Shown: positions 25,548-39,727, counted from the first letter of the stretch. The stretch is DNA of 64,000 nucleotides from Octopus sinensis (GCF_006345805.1 NC_042997.1:140740001-140804000), one strand, 5' to 3'. The notes: a model not told the origin generated them from the sequence alone. Made by a program: numbers and translations.

Positions 25548-25923
25548 CAGACCAGTAGGTGTCGCTTCCGACAATCTCTGTTCGAAGGTTTTATTTACCT
25601 AGCTTCGGTGGAATACATCCACTTGTTTTCAATAATAGAAATATTAAAATTACTATATGGATACAGTTTGTGTATCAAATAGCTAACTTAAGGCGATGGC
25701 CTCATGGAGCTAATAAGCGGACAGCTTTATTCTTATTTTTATAAGAATGCCATATTAGTATGGCGATAACTATTATTTTCCGGGAACGCTGCCGTTGTTC
25801 TCTTTTAGAGAGACTTAGTAATTTTAATATTTCTATTATTGAAAACAAGTGGATGTATTCCACCGAAGCTAGGTAAATAAAACCTTCGAACAGAGATTGT
25901 CGGAAGCGACACCTACTGGTCTG

Positions 25924-25969
25924 GCTACACTGCATTGAAAATGGGCAATACCCCGAAACGCGTTGTAGC
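25924..25969 (+). ncRNA. Second copy of the hammerhead-like motif, mutated
   Basis: Same fold, but stem II starts TGGG and the C of the GUC triplet is deleted. Confidence 0.55.
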
Positions 25970-26833
25970 TGCCGGTCAAGTAGTGTGGAGCGACTGACCT
26001 CCCTTGTTCGAAGGTTATATGGATACAGTTTGTGTATCAAATAGCTAACTTAAGGCGATGGCCTCATGGAGCTAATAAGCGGACAGCTTTATTCTTATTT
26101 TTATAAGAATGCCATATTAGTATGGCGATAACTATTATTGTATATATATATATGTATATGGTAATTGCTTCATGTCCACAGATGCTTGCCGTCTCTTTGT
26201 GCTTCCTCGTTATCTATGGCATTTTGGACTTTCCATTCATGACCACTTAGATGACTGTACAGTTCCGTTTCAGATCTGTATGGGTTGAAACATAAGTGAC
26301 AGACGAAAGTTGTACCTTACCATGCGCTTCCAACTGGTTAGGTGAGCATACGTTACCACTCTTTTTTCGCCATAGGAATTTCGGCAGAGCGGGAGGACAA
26401 ATGAAGTCACCCTAAAGAGACATCAATATGTCATTGAATTATAGTAATAAACACTTGTACTAGACGAGTATCGCTCTCTGAGTGACTGTGATTAATGTGT
26501 AACGACAGACCGAGATGAGATGATTATTAATCATGTAAAACCGTTGGTTTTACAACAGTGAGTCTCTATCGTAGAAGGAGCTTGTAGTCCCACGCTCCTT
26601 GCGGTTTTCCTGCATGCCCTGACACCAACCAAAGGTATTTCTTCGTCCCTGCACTCAGATAGAATGTTGTCACATGTGCTAACGAAGCCATAGTTAGGAC
26701 CTTGACAGGTGTTGCTACGCCGAGTCAGTATAGATCTGGGAACAATTGTGGCTAAAAGGCGGTTCCATACTCCTCAAAACTCTGGAATTTCCGAATCAGG
26801 GCTCTACTACCGGATGCAGTTTAGTCATACCCA

Positions 26834-26900
<67 letters not shown>

Positions 26901-27329
26901 CACGCACACACACCACACACACGACGGTCTTTCAGTTTCCGTGTACCAAATTTATTCCGAAGGCTTTGGTCGATCCAGGGCTTTTGTAGAAGACATTAAC
27001 CCAAGATCTCACGCAGTGGAACTGAACTCAGAACCGTAAATGTATGTGTATGTGTGTGTGTGTGTGTGGTGTGTGTGTGTGGTGTGTGTGTGTATGATAA
27101 AATTTTGCTGGGTGATAACAGAAGTAGCCATTGTCGAAGAGAAAGCATTCAATACACAACCTTCGTTGAGTGAAAGGCTTTTTGTTGTTGTTGTTAGTAT
27201 TGTCATTTGTATTTTTGTAGTTTTCAATTAATAAGGATGAACTTAACGTCACAAACAGTCTATCTGGTGTTGTATATCGTTGGGTATGATAATTACGAAA
27301 ACTAGTGTGTATGAATGAATACAAATCTC

Positions 27330-27680
27330 AAAAGCCAGGAAAATCCTCCCCGACCCCGGAAAATTAGAAATAATAAAAGAAGATCACAACACTACGACAG
27401 AACTATTTCACCTCAACTGGCCCTGCTCTCTTCAACATCGTGCCAGCCCACATAAAGGAGGAAAGCGATTTCACGGCATTCAAACGGTCCCTAGATGATC
27501 ACCTCCAACAAATACCAGTCAAACCACCCACGACCCGGATATGTCTCTGAAAACAATAACCCACTCCTCGAATGGGCTATGGTGCTCAAGGGCTGACTGT
27601 GTATCTCTTCCAGATAGTGCTATTAAATTAGACATGGCCTTTAGCTAACTTCGGCCGAAACTTATCTAAGTAATTCTAAG
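27330..27680 (+). mobile_element. CR1-like LINE 3' end
   Basis: TLRQNYFTSTGPALFNIVPAHIKEESDFTAFKRSLDDHLQQIP..PGY..NPLLEW resembles the CR1-clade C-terminus (GPxLFNxLP, FKxxLD). Short tandem tail ctaagtaattctaagtaa. Confidence 0.7.
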
Positions 27681-27824
27681 TAAAAATTCAGGGAAACAAT
27701 TTGGTCTGCAAAAATCGGTAAATGATGTTGACAGACAACACAAACGTTTTGTTATTTTTGGTAACTCTGAAAGTATATTTAGGTTGTTGCGTCACTTTAC
27801 GCTACTCACTAATTATCGTTTCAA

Positions 27825-28490
27825 ATGTTGACACAAGGCTAGTAATTTTCGAAGGAGTGGCTCGCTGATTGCATTGAATCAAGTACACAACTGGTACATA
27901 TTTTATCGAACCCATTAGGAGGAAAGGCAAAGTCGACCTCAACGAAACTTGAACTCAGAACGCAATGAGTCGGAAGAAACGCTACTTAGCCTTTCGTCCG
28001 GCGCGCTAACGATGCTGCCAGCTCGCCACCTTTCACAGCACATGAATGATTTTTTTCTGAGTTTGGTATAAGGCCTATGATTTGAACTCTGAACGTAAAG
28101 ATCCGAAAACAATTTATTTTCTGTTTAAATCCTAGCGAAATCTAAGCCATAAATGAGTTTGACCGATGGTGTACAACCGAGGAACCAGGATATTCTTTCC
28201 TACTCTAGGCACAAGGCCCGGAATTTTGGGTAGGGTGCCAGTCGATTAGATCGACCTTAGTACGCAACTGGTATTTAATTTATCGACTCCCGGGAAGATG
28301 AAAGGCAAAGTCGACCTCGGCGGAATTTGAACTCAAAACATAAAGACAGACGAAATGCCGCTAAACATTTCTTCCGGGGTGCTAACGTTCCTGTCAGGTC
28401 GCCGCCTTGAGGAGGAACCAGAATATTCTTTTCTACTCTAGGCACAAGGCCCGAAATTTTTGGGGAGGGTGCCAGTCGATTAGATAGATC
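27825..28490 (-). mobile_element. Cluster of SINE family A fragments, including a ~230-bp local duplication
   Basis: Repeated family A motifs; ttctactctaggcacaaggccc occurs at about 28200 and 28432. Confidence 0.7.
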
Positions 28491-30539
28491 GACACACGTT
28501 ACGCCACTGTACTGAAACTTGGTTTAGGAATGCTAGAATTTAGAAACACTTGTGCATTACAAGCTACTCCTAAAATGGTTGGCAACGGACGAAGCCTTTC
28601 ATATCACTGTGCTCATAAAAGCGTAAATGTAATGATTGTGACTCAATTACCTATGTTACACTTATCTTTTAAGTACTCACAATAATAATAATAATAAAAT
28701 GCGTAAGTTTTTCAGAAACATTTTGTTGGTATTTCTCATAGGACAGTTTGTTAGTGGGTGTATTCTACCGGGATCAGAGTGCAGATGTTTCATATATAAT
28801 ATAACATAGTTATCAATTATAAATTGATAAAGATCTCACCTACTCGGAATGGTAGGTGAAGAGTTGGCAACATTGCATATTGTTAAAAATGGTTTAACTG
28901 CTTTGCTTCGTACTCAGTTGATAAAAGGCATTCTAAGTTCGTTCTATTAAAGCAGATGCCTCCATTTTCGATCTAGTTTTCCCCTGCTTTTCTCATTTAC
29001 AAAAAAACTCTTTTTAATCTGTTCTCTCTCCTTTTCCTTGCTACTCACTCACTCATTTATATGTCTATAATCAGTCATTCTTTCTCGTATTTGTCTATAC
29101 TCGGTTACTCTGCCTGGTATTCTCTTTCTTGTTTTCATTTCTTTATCTCTTTTCCGAATCTTTTTTCCCTTCTCGCCTGCGTTCCTTTCTTTTTCTTCGC
29201 TTCCTCGTTTATTTTTCTAACACCCATCACCTCTCTCTGATTTTACTTATCACCACCATTGTCAATATAGGGTTTCACTATCATTTTTATATTAGATAAT
29301 CTCCTACAATCCCTTTTGCTTCCAGCTCCTCTTTTCTTTATCTTTTTGAAGTTGCGATAATTTTTTTTCTTTCTTCTTTATCTCTTCCTAGTTTTATCTT
29401 TTCATCTTAGATTCTTTTTGGAACATCCAGAATTAGTTCGAAAAAAAAAAAAAAGTCACTTGTTCCCACGAGGTTCCTGATAGAGGAAGGGTTATAGTCT
29501 ATTTTTATTAATACACACAACCATATACAAATCGCGGAGATGCCTTAACTGCCGGGATATAGCATTGACTTAATGTTATATCCCTCTCCTATGCAGTCTC
29601 AGGACTCAAAAGCATGGTCACACAGCCATATTTAAAACATATTTCTAACCAACGACGGAGCCTTAAAGTAGTCGTTTGACCTGCTAGAAATACAAGCGCA
29701 GACTCCCCAAATTATAGCTAGCCTGCTTAAAAAGGAAAAGGAAACATGCGCCCATTTTACCTGAAATAAAGGAGGAATGATCTTAGCTTGAATGCCTTTG
29801 ATAAAAGGTCTGCTCAAACAAGGTTAACCTTGAGCAAAGCACTTCATTTCATGTTGGTCCAGTCCAGTCAGCTATAAATGAATAACCCTGCAACGCATTG
29901 GCGTCCCGTTTGAGGAGATTATTCTGATCTTGGTCACTTATACGTCATGGAAACCAAGTAACTAGCTCTATAAGCCCCAGAACTCGCGGTAGTAATGTCC
30001 AGATGTTGATGTTAATGGTAAAATAAAGAAACAGGAAGATGGTGATGTTAATGGTAAAGTAACAGGTAAGCATTTGGTGTTTTGGTTTCGGTTTCCTTTT
30101 GAATCCATTCACTATTGTATTGACGCCAGTAATACCATTGTGAATAGCAGGAACGTTACAACTCTATTTCGCCTTCTCTTAAAATGCAAAGCCTCTGTAC
30201 ATCGTCATGAAATAACTTCGTATTGACTTCTTGAATAGCGCCTTTTGTAAAATGTGTTCTTCCACCTTACCCTGAACTATGAGGAAAGCCTTTATGTGGT
30301 TGCTCAACTTGCTAGTTATAGAAGTTATATCACCAATTACACCCTACCGCCTATATAAAGAAAAGAATACATTGGATAATGATGTCCTGTACACACTATT
30401 TTTTGGCCATGCTGGAGTTACCATCTTGAAGGGTTTAGTCGAACAAAGCTACCCCAGTACTTATTTTCAAGTCTGGTACTTATTCTATCGATTTATATTA
30501 CCAAACTGCATCGGCTTGAGAAGTAGTGGTGACAAGCAC

Positions 30540-30582
<43 letters not shown>

Positions 30583-31004
30583 ACACACACACACAGATAT
30601 ATATATGTAGCAGATATATAAACAGGGCTAATTTAACAAGTTCTCCATAGATTAGAACCAACGATAACAGACTTAACCGATTTTCTAAACTTATTGGGAT
30701 TTCATCAGCGGTATCCACATTATTCTGACAAATCCCAGAGAAATAAGTTAGCTAATCTCTTTATATAGTCAACAAATCCTGTAGCTACAGAGAACTGGGG
30801 CTACTAACTTGCATATCATTAGCGTTTAATATTATTTAATATCAGGGGCCTAGGTGTGGTTGTGTGGTAAGAAGTTTACCTCTCAACCTCATGGTCCTGG
30901 GTTCAGTCCCACTGCGTGGCACCTCGAGCTAGTGTCATCTACTATAGCTCAAGATTGACAAATGCCTTGTAGCGGATTTGGTAGATGGAAACTGAAAGAA
31001 ACCC

Positions 31005-31035
<31 letters not shown>

Positions 31036-31319
31036 GCGTTTCTTCCCTCCCCCACTGCTTGGCAACAGAAGACATTCACCAAAGTGGCACGCAAGAAGAC
31101 TGAACCTGAAGTCATATGATTGCAAAGTGAGCTTCTTAACCATAATGCCATGCCTACGATCTATGTCTAAATCTCAAAGACAAAATAGTTGCAGCTTGGA
31201 ACACTATTGATCATAGCTCTGTTTAGAAGAAGATCGACACGTGGCTAAATAACAGCAACAACAATAAAAACAAAACAAACAAGCAAATATACAAACTACA
31301 TCAAAAACAGTAGCATCGA

Positions 31320-31435
31320 GAAAAATGTTCACTTAAAGAGAATAACAAGCTACATAATGCAAAATTTTTACTTTTCAAAAATTCCGATTGTAAAGGGTCG
31401 AAACAAACCCAAGCAACGCCGGGCGATACTGCTAG
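31320..31435 (+). mobile_element. Helitron 3' end fragment (same family as 56897-57289)
   Basis: aatgttcacttaaagagaataacaagctac..ccc aagcaacg ccggg..CTAG|T. Confidence 0.75.
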
Positions 31436-31987
31436 TAAATGTATTATATTTCCGTACAATGTTTATGTGGTGTCATTATGCTGTTAGCTTACTATTACGG
31501 CGGTAGTTCGACGCCAGACTCTTACACCTCTATAGTCATTGTGTTAACAGATAATTAACAAAAAAAAAAAAAAAAGAGGAGACGAATGTAATTTTTATAT
31601 ATATATGAAGCTCCGTTTTTACCCCACTTTCTCATATTTACCAAGAACTATTTTTTTTTTTCAGATTACAAGTATTTATTTTCTCTTATTTTTGAATTAT
31701 GTCTACTGCTATAAATCTATTGAACTAACATATCGTGTCGCAGTAAAGTTTGACATCAGCGCTGCAATGCATTCAAAGCTAAAACACTTTACTTTTAATT
31801 ACCCCAGACTACGCTGTAAGAAGTGCCATAGATGGGGAGGGCTCATTAATGAAAAAAAATTGCTGAGAAGTACTGTATGTAGAGTGAGTGCTTCATTAGT
31901 TTAAAATATTAAGTGCAAATAGCACACAATAGGTACAGTTTGGAAAGGGATGAAGCTGACTTCTATCTAGATGCATTTTATGTAGAC

Positions 31988-32917
31988 CAGAAGTGGAGAA
32001 ACCCCCGTCCGCGGGGGCAAATGTGCCGCAGGCTGGTATACTCGTATGCACAACATATAGTAAATTTTTCAATTATAAAATTTATACAATATTCGTATGT
32101 CTATTTGCGACATAGGTCGCGATTCCACTACGACTTAAAGCGGTCAGACACGAACAGAAATCGTCTGGTAATTGCCATTTGAATGGAACTTTTGTTATCA
32201 CTATAAAACACATATTGCTAGGTTTGTACCCTACACCCTTAAGACCCAACAACACTCTAGCTGAAAAATATAGAATGCATCATAAGTAATATGGACGTCC
32301 TAAAGGACGGCGAGCTGGCAGAAATCGTTAGCACACCGGGCGAAATGCTTAGCGGTATTTCGTCTGCCGTTATGTTGTGAGTTTAAATTCCGCCAAGGTC
32401 GACTTTGCTTTTCATCCCTTCGGGGTCGATTAAATAAGTACCAGTTACCTACTGGGGTCGATATAATCGACTTAATCCGTTTGTCTGTCCTTGTTTGTCC
32501 TCTCTGTGTTTAGCCCCTTGTGGGTAGTAAAGAAATAGGTATTTCGTCTGCCGTTACGTTCTGAGTTCAAATCCCGCCGAGGTCGACTTTGCCTTTCATC
32601 CTTTCGGGGTCGATAAATAAGTACCAGTTACGCACTGGGGTCAATATAATCGACTTAATCTCTTTGTCTCTCCTTGTTTGTCCCCCCCCCCATGTTTATC
32701 CCCCCGTGGGCAATAAATAAATAAATATAAACGTTCTAAATTCAGTGGCGTCGTTAATGAAGATGTTACGCGTTATTTTAACGTCTTAAACTTATCTAAT
32801 TATACATAGATATATACAAGATTTACACAGATATAAGAGTTAGAACTTTCGATCTGCCCGCGGACCTTTTTCTTTGGAAATTTTTGCCCGCCGCACTAAA
32901 AAGATTCCCCACCCCTG
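31988..32917 (+). mobile_element. hAT-superfamily non-autonomous element with a nested SINE
   Basis: Perfect 8-bp TSD ATGTAGAC (31980-31987 and 32918-32925). Imperfect TIRs CAGAAGTGGAGAA / TTCCCCACCCCTG. Confidence 0.8.
32305..32730 (+). mobile_element. SINE family A dimer
   Basis: A-box-like gagctggcagaaatcgttagc and B-box-like gagttcaaatcc. The second monomer is 5'-truncated. Possible TSD acgtcctaaa / acgttctaaa. Confidence 0.85.
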
Positions 32918-33164
32918 ATGTAGACCAATGATTCTCAACCATTTTTTTTTACTTATTGACCTTTTCGATTCCTATTTTATTCGAATGGATTTTCGTAGCC
33001 ATTTGATGTTTAAGCAGTCATTTTATTATTTTTGATTATTAAATATTATTAGGAATTGTATTAAAAAAGTTGTCGAAATATTGTGTATTGTAGAAGTATA
33101 ACCAATTTTTCTGCACAAATTTTAACAACAAATTTTAACAACAAAATCTTATATGTTGTTAAAA

Positions 33165-33500
33165 AATCAAGTGTCTTCTACTATAGCCTCGGGCCGACCA
33201 AAGCCTTTGTGAGTGGATTTGGTAGATGGAAACTGAAAGAAGCCCGTCGTATATATGTGTATATATATGTATGTATGTGTGTGTATGTGTTTGTGTGTCT
33301 GTGTTTGTCCCTCCAACATCGCTTGACAACCGATGCTGGTGTGTTTACGTCCCCGTAACTTAGCGGTTCGGCGAAAGAGTCCGATAGAATAAGTACTAGG
33401 CTTACAAAGAATATGTCCTGGGGTCAATTTGCTCGACTAAAAAGGCGGTGCTCCAGCATGGCTACAGTCAAATGTCTGAAACAAGTAAGAAAGAGTAAAA
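33165..33500 (+). mobile_element. SINE family B, 5'-truncated
   Basis: Matches the family B consensus. Confidence 0.8.
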
Positions 33501-33848
33501 AAAAGAAAAGAGATATGAACCCTCAAGGCCATACGAACCCCTAAAGGGTCTCAAACGAAGCGACTCACTTTCAGTTATACTGCATATTGCGTTCACTTTT
33601 TTACTTGTTTCAGTTATTGGACTGCGGCCATGCTTGAGTATCGCCCGATCAAATTAACTCCAGTGCTTAAATTTAAGGCTGATACTTATTTTGTCGGTTT
33701 CTGTTTTGCCGAACTGCTATATTGCTGTGAAGTAAACAAATTAACACAGGTTATCAATACACATTTATTAACAAACGGCAGAAGTTACAGAATAACTCAC
33801 GGGCTGAGAGTTTCGTGCATTGGCACTTATCAGATATGTATGTGTGTA

Positions 33849-34080
33849 CACAGGATGTTCGGGCTAAATTTGACAGTTTTTTTGTCTCTCTTTTTCCAGG
33901 AAAAACTTGATAGTCAATAGTGTTGGAGAGCATAAAGATTAAAGTTGTAATTGAGAAAAAGTTAGCTGACAAGAAGCCATCTGAATATTGGAAAAGAGTT
34001 GCCTGTATCATGATGATTCGCGCCGGATATTAAACTGCCGACATCGTGACTGCTGTTCAATGCTCTGTGAACACTATAAA
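33849..34080 (+). mobile_element. Possible 5' end of a Tc1/mariner-like element
   Basis: TIR-like caggatgttc start; KPSEYWKRVACIMMIRAGY*TADI resembles the N-terminus of the 1975-2800 transposase type. Confidence 0.4.
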
Positions 34081-35427
34081 GTTTGTCTCTCACTACCAAT
34101 TGACAATCGGTGTTGGTGTGTTTACGTCCACCTAACTTAGCGGTTTGACAAAAGAGAACGATAGAATAAGTACAAATTTAAAAGAAAAAAGTTAATAGTG
34201 TGGTCGATTCGTTCGATTAAAATTCCTCAAGGCGGTGCCCCAGCATGACCACAGTCTGATGATTGAAACAAGTGAACGATATATATATATATATATATAA
34301 TATACGGTGGGCTTCCGCACAGTTTTCGTCTACCAAATTCACTCACAAAGTATTGACCAACCCTTGGCGAAAATAGAAAACACTTGCCCAAGTTGCTGAA
34401 TAGATTGGACTGAACCCTAAACCTCTTGATTGCGAAGCGAACGTCTTAACCACACAGCCATACTGCGGTTATATTTATTTATATATTTATTTTTTTTTTC
34501 TTCTTTTTCCTGTCTTACACTCAGAAATGGCTGGTATTGTGGTTTATTACGTTAAACAAATCTAGCCACTGCAGGTGTATAATTAAAATAAACACGTTGG
34601 TTACTTAATCAATTAGTAAGTTGTACTTCCCAGTGAAACAATTGCATATAACTTACAACTGCTGTCTAAATATCGTCGAAGTGTGTCTTGTCTGGTATTT
34701 TTCTAACTCGCGTGCCATTTGCGTCAACTTCTGTTTTTGTTGCTTCTGTAAAGGAGGGTGAGTGGAAGCTGTAGTAAACGACTATGGTGGAGCATTTTAT
34801 GTTTGTTTAATTTTTTTGCGGAGGTGTGTGTATATGCTGTGTGTATGCGGAAGGAAAACAGTCTGTGCATAACCGAGGCAAGGAGTGTTTTAACGATGAC
34901 AAATAAGGACAGTTATATAACTGTGTATAGAAAATAAGAGTCAAATCAATTGTAATCCTTATCTGACTTTTCTCTCTCTTTAACAAAGATCATCTCTAAA
35001 TCAAATATGATCAGATCAATATACATTTTAGGGGTACTTACTGAAAGCAGTTAAGAACAATTCTGTTTTATTCTGTTAGTCAACACAGAACTGTTTTCAT
35101 CAAGTGTAAATAATAATAAACAAATATTTATAATATTTGAACGATTTAAAAAAAAAAAATAGCGCCGTTGATTGAGACATCCATTAACGAGCAGATGATG
35201 AACTCTATTAAACCTTATCTCAAGCAACACGAGGTAATCTCTACGTGGTTGCACATTCCGTTAAAAATAGCAACCAAATCCCCTTCAAAACATAACCAAC
35301 CACCTTTAAAAAAAAAAAATCACCTCAACCACCCCCGGACAATCGACGCTGGAATGTTTTTGATAAATAAGGTCCATCTGATCAGGGTTAAGCTGGAGTT
35401 CATCATCGCTATAGTCGTCGTCGTCAG

Positions 35428-35471
<44 letters not shown>

Positions 35472-35799
35472 GCTGCTACTGCTACTCCTGCTGTTGTTGT
35501 TTGCGATTTAGGCACAAGGCTAGCAGTCTTGAAGGGAGAGTGTTAGCTGATTCTATTGATCTCCATTACTTGACTGATACGTTTTTTTTTTATCGGCGCC
35601 GGATGGATGAAAGGCAAAGTTGGCTTTGATTGAGGACTGGAAAAAAGGACCTGGTGGATATGGTCCTTGCTCGGGAGCAGGCTCACGACAGGGCTTTGCG
35701 ACTCTGCCGGGTGGAGATTTTTCGTGTTGTACGCAGAACCACGCGTTCGCACACACGTACATATTATATATATTATATAATATATTCTATTTTTTTTCT

Positions 35800-36140
35800 T
35801 TTTACGTGTTTCAGCCATTTGACTGGGGCCATGCAGGAACACCGCCTGAAACAGTTTTAGTCAAAGTAATCGGCCCCAGGACTTATTTTTCATAAGCCTA
35901 GTACTTATTCTATCGGATTTTTTTGCTGAACCGCTAAGTTATGAGTACATAAACACACCAGTATCGGTTGTCAAGCGATGGTAGGGGTGACAAACACAAA
36001 CACACACAAATACACACACACACACACACACACACATACATACATACACGCACATACGATAGGCATCTTCCAGTTTCCATCTACCGATTCCACTCACAAG
36101 GCTTTGGATTGAACCTGGAACCATGTGGTTGGGAAGCAAG
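35800..36140 (-). mobile_element. SINE family B, internally deleted
   Basis: Matches the family B consensus. Confidence 0.75.
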
Positions 36141-36189
36141 CTTCATACCACACAGTCTGGTTCGGCCGCCGTCCGTGCAACATCTATAT

Positions 36190-36602
36190 TCCTCCCTGTG
36201 CCTGTGAAATCTTGTATCCCTGCCGTAAGGCTTTATTTCCACACACGCCAACTTAATTTAATTCTTCTTTAGTCGAAAGACACCTGTTGTTATGTCCTGT
36301 TATTTGTATGTGTAACATTCTCCGTTTTTTTCCCGTCCTTGTTTTTGTATACATTCGCTGCTTTTTTCTAAGGAATCTAATGCTCTTAGCTTAGTTTTTC
36401 CTTAAGGCTGGCCAGATTGGATTGGAGCAATCTCGAGTATAACCAGACGAAATTGCAAAGATAATCTGGAACTCAACTGAGGGAAGAAAACTCCGAATGA
36501 CCTGCCCTTGTTTTCCTAGTATCGTCTATCTGGATGTTTTGTTGTCCCTTTTTTGCATCACCTAACTGTCTGAATATTTTGCGCTTTTGTCCCATTTTGT
36601 AT
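36190..36602 (+). mobile_element. (TA)n-anchored repeat family G (other copies 38690-39060 + and 41385-41720 -)
   Basis: Shared ggaatctaatgctcttagcttag..ggccaga..gctcc/ggagcaatc core in three copies; each ends at (TA)n. Confidence 0.6.
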
Positions 36603-36623
36603 ATATATATATTCCTCCAAGTA

Positions 36624-36661
<38 letters not shown>

Positions 36662-36662
<1 letters not shown>

Positions 36663-37035
36663 TCTTTACTCTTTTACTTGTTTCAGTCATTTGACTGCGG
36701 CCATGCTGGAGCACCACCTTTAGTCGAGCAAATCGACCCCGGCACTTATTCTTTGTAAGCCCAGTACTTATTCCATCGGTCTCTTTTGCCGAACCGCTAA
36801 GTGACGGGGACGTAAACACACCAGCATCGGTTGTCAAGCACTGCTAGGGGGACAAACACACACACATACATATATAGATATATACATATATACGACAGGC
36901 TTCTTTCAGTTTCCGTCTACCAAATCCACTCACAAGGCATTGGTCGGCCCGGGGCTATAGCAGAAGATGCCACGCAGTGGGACTGAACCCGGAACCATGT
37001 GGTTGGTTAGCAAGCTACTTCACACAGCCACTCCA
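36662..37035 (-). mobile_element. SINE family B, near full length
   Basis: Close match to 1504-1912, with a small deletion. Confidence 0.85.
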
Positions 37036-39059
37036 TGTTTTGCCCAACATGCTAACAATCATTATATCTCTATAATAACAATTATTATATCTCTATAATA
37101 AATTAAACACACACACACACACATTAAACTTTTATAAGAAGAGAGATAGTTACCTCGAAGTTTCGGCCTGCTTGCCTTCGTCGGGCTGATCATGCACTCG
37201 AACTCACTGTCACCCCTCTATTTTTATAAAGTTTATAAATTTAATAAGCACGTACTCTACAAAAATGTGCTAATTCTTCATTTTAATGCTAAATTGTTTA
37301 TATTATAACCTGACATAAAAACAAACGTTACTACATACACGCACGCGCACACACAAACATACACACACACACACTCACACACAACACACACACACACACA
37401 CACACTCTTTCATACATGTATGGTTGGAATAATTTAGAGCGGCCTGAAATTTTAATGCATAAAAATGGGTTTTGGGCGGAAAAAACAACACAGAACTGGT
37501 AAATTGTGATAGCTGCTATTTGCGGTTTGCTAATGAAAAAACATTAAAGTAATTATGACTGAATGTAGGGAGGATTGTATCCCAGCTCAAAATATGTTAA
37601 AATAGCAAGGATTGGTTGAACAAACCCATTTGAACCATTTTATCAGCGTATTAAATATCGGTTTCAAATTTTGGCCAGCAATTTCGGAGAAGGCATTAAG
37701 TCGATTATAATCGACCTCTGTTCTGTGTTCAACTGGTACTTATTTTATCGACACCGAAATGATGAAAGGCAAAATCGACCTCCGTAGGATTTGAACTCAG
37801 AACGTGAAAGACTGACGAAAAAACCGCCAAGCGTTTTGCCCAACATGCTAACAATTCTTCCAGCTGGATTTCTTAAAGTTTGCGTGAAATTCGGGTATTA
37901 ATGATGCCAAGTGTGCTCCAATGTGCACCAAAGTGACACGTACTTATGGCGTAATGGTATTAAATATCAAAATGCTGAAGATCGTGAACGAATACTTATC
38001 TATAACCTCACTTCATATCGTGATAGAGCTTATGTAAGTATATTTGTGTATATAACCGGAACACCACTTGCCTTTTCTATCCTTTGTATCACACCATTCT
38101 CAAATAACTCGTACTAAACACTACCTCCCATATTATTTGTCTCTCTGAAATAATGGAAGAAAAATATTATATACCTTACACTGCTTCTTACACGAACTTT
38201 CACTCCGAAAGAAAGACAGAAAATATGATCCACACACACACACAAAGCTTGTGAGAGTAATATATGTTAATGAGTATATAGTGTTTTTATTATTAACTTT
38301 TGAATAATGAAATAATGTATTTCACTCATAATTATTATTATATTATTCGTTGAATTAAATTCAATTGTGTTTTGTTTTCGAGAGAATTGAATATAAAGCT
38401 TTCACTTTTTTAAAAATATAGTAGTAATAATGGAAGATTGGTGGGATTATTATTTGTATGGACTTAAAGATTGGTCGCTGTTTCGTATATAATTTACTTA
38501 TTGTAGGTTTACCAATAATACCGATACAGATGTAAATAGATTTGAAAAATTATATTTAAATGTTGAAGTGAATCTAATGGTTTTCTTTGTGTTTTTAAAT
38601 AGCTTGTAAACACCTTCCACGCTGCAATTGTTTTTGTTTCAGCACATGATCTTAGATCAGGTTACTTGCTATGCAAGTACATATTCGTAATATATATATA
38701 TATCTTCATACACGCCAGCTCAATTTGTATCGTTCTCAATCGAAAGACGCCTGTTGCTATTTCTTGTTGTGTACCATGTTCTCTGTGTTTTTTTTTCGTC
38801 TTTGTTGCCGTACACATTCGCCAGCTTTCTTACAAAGGGGTCTAATGCTCTTAGCTTAGACTTTTTTGGGAACAACCAGATCGAATCATCTCAAGTGTAA
38901 CTCTCCGAAATGGTCGTGACTTCTGGTACTTGACTGATGAAAGACATCGAAGAATGACCCGTTTTTTCTGCCTGACTTTCTAATTGTTGTTTCTCTTGTC
39001 CGCCTTTGTGTCGGCTATCTGTCCGAACGTTTTATTGCCCTCTATTGCGTTTTTGGTCC

Positions 39060-39131
<72 letters not shown>

Positions 39132-39308
39132 TATTATATATATATATTTATATATATATATAATTATATTATATATTATATATATATATATTTATATATA
39201 TAATATATATTATATATATTTATATATATATATATATATATAGTTATATATATATATAGATATATTTATATATATATATATATATATATTTTATATATAT
39301 ATTATAAT

Positions 39309-39339
<31 letters not shown>

Positions 39340-39663
39340 TTATATTATATATATAATATTTATATATATATTATATATATATTTATATATATATATTATG
39401 ATATATATATTTATATATATATATATATATATTTTATATATATAATATATATTTATATATATATATATATATATTATATATTTATATATATATATTTATA
39501 TATATTATTATATATATATATATAATTAGTTTATATATATATTATATTATATATATATATATAAAATATTTATATTACTATATATATATATATAATAATT
39601 TTTTATTATATATTATATATATATATTTATATATATATATTTTATATATATATATATATATTT

Positions 39664-39698
<35 letters not shown>

Positions 39699-39727
39699 AT
39701 ATATATCTATATATATATATATATATT

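Larger units (their letters stand above)
25270..26139. mobile_element. Retrozyme-like element: 363-bp circularly permuted unit, 1.06 units on minus (25270-25654) head-to-head with 1.3 units on plus (25655-26139)
   Basis: Direct repeats at offsets 363 (25270/25633) and 362 (25655/26017). Both outer ends abut (TA)n. One hammerhead-like fold per unit. Confidence 0.8.

Noticed and set aside
35168-35629. 153-aa ORF
   Set aside because: Non-ATG start, runs through a (TAC)n repeat and SINE sequence, and shows no recognisable domain.
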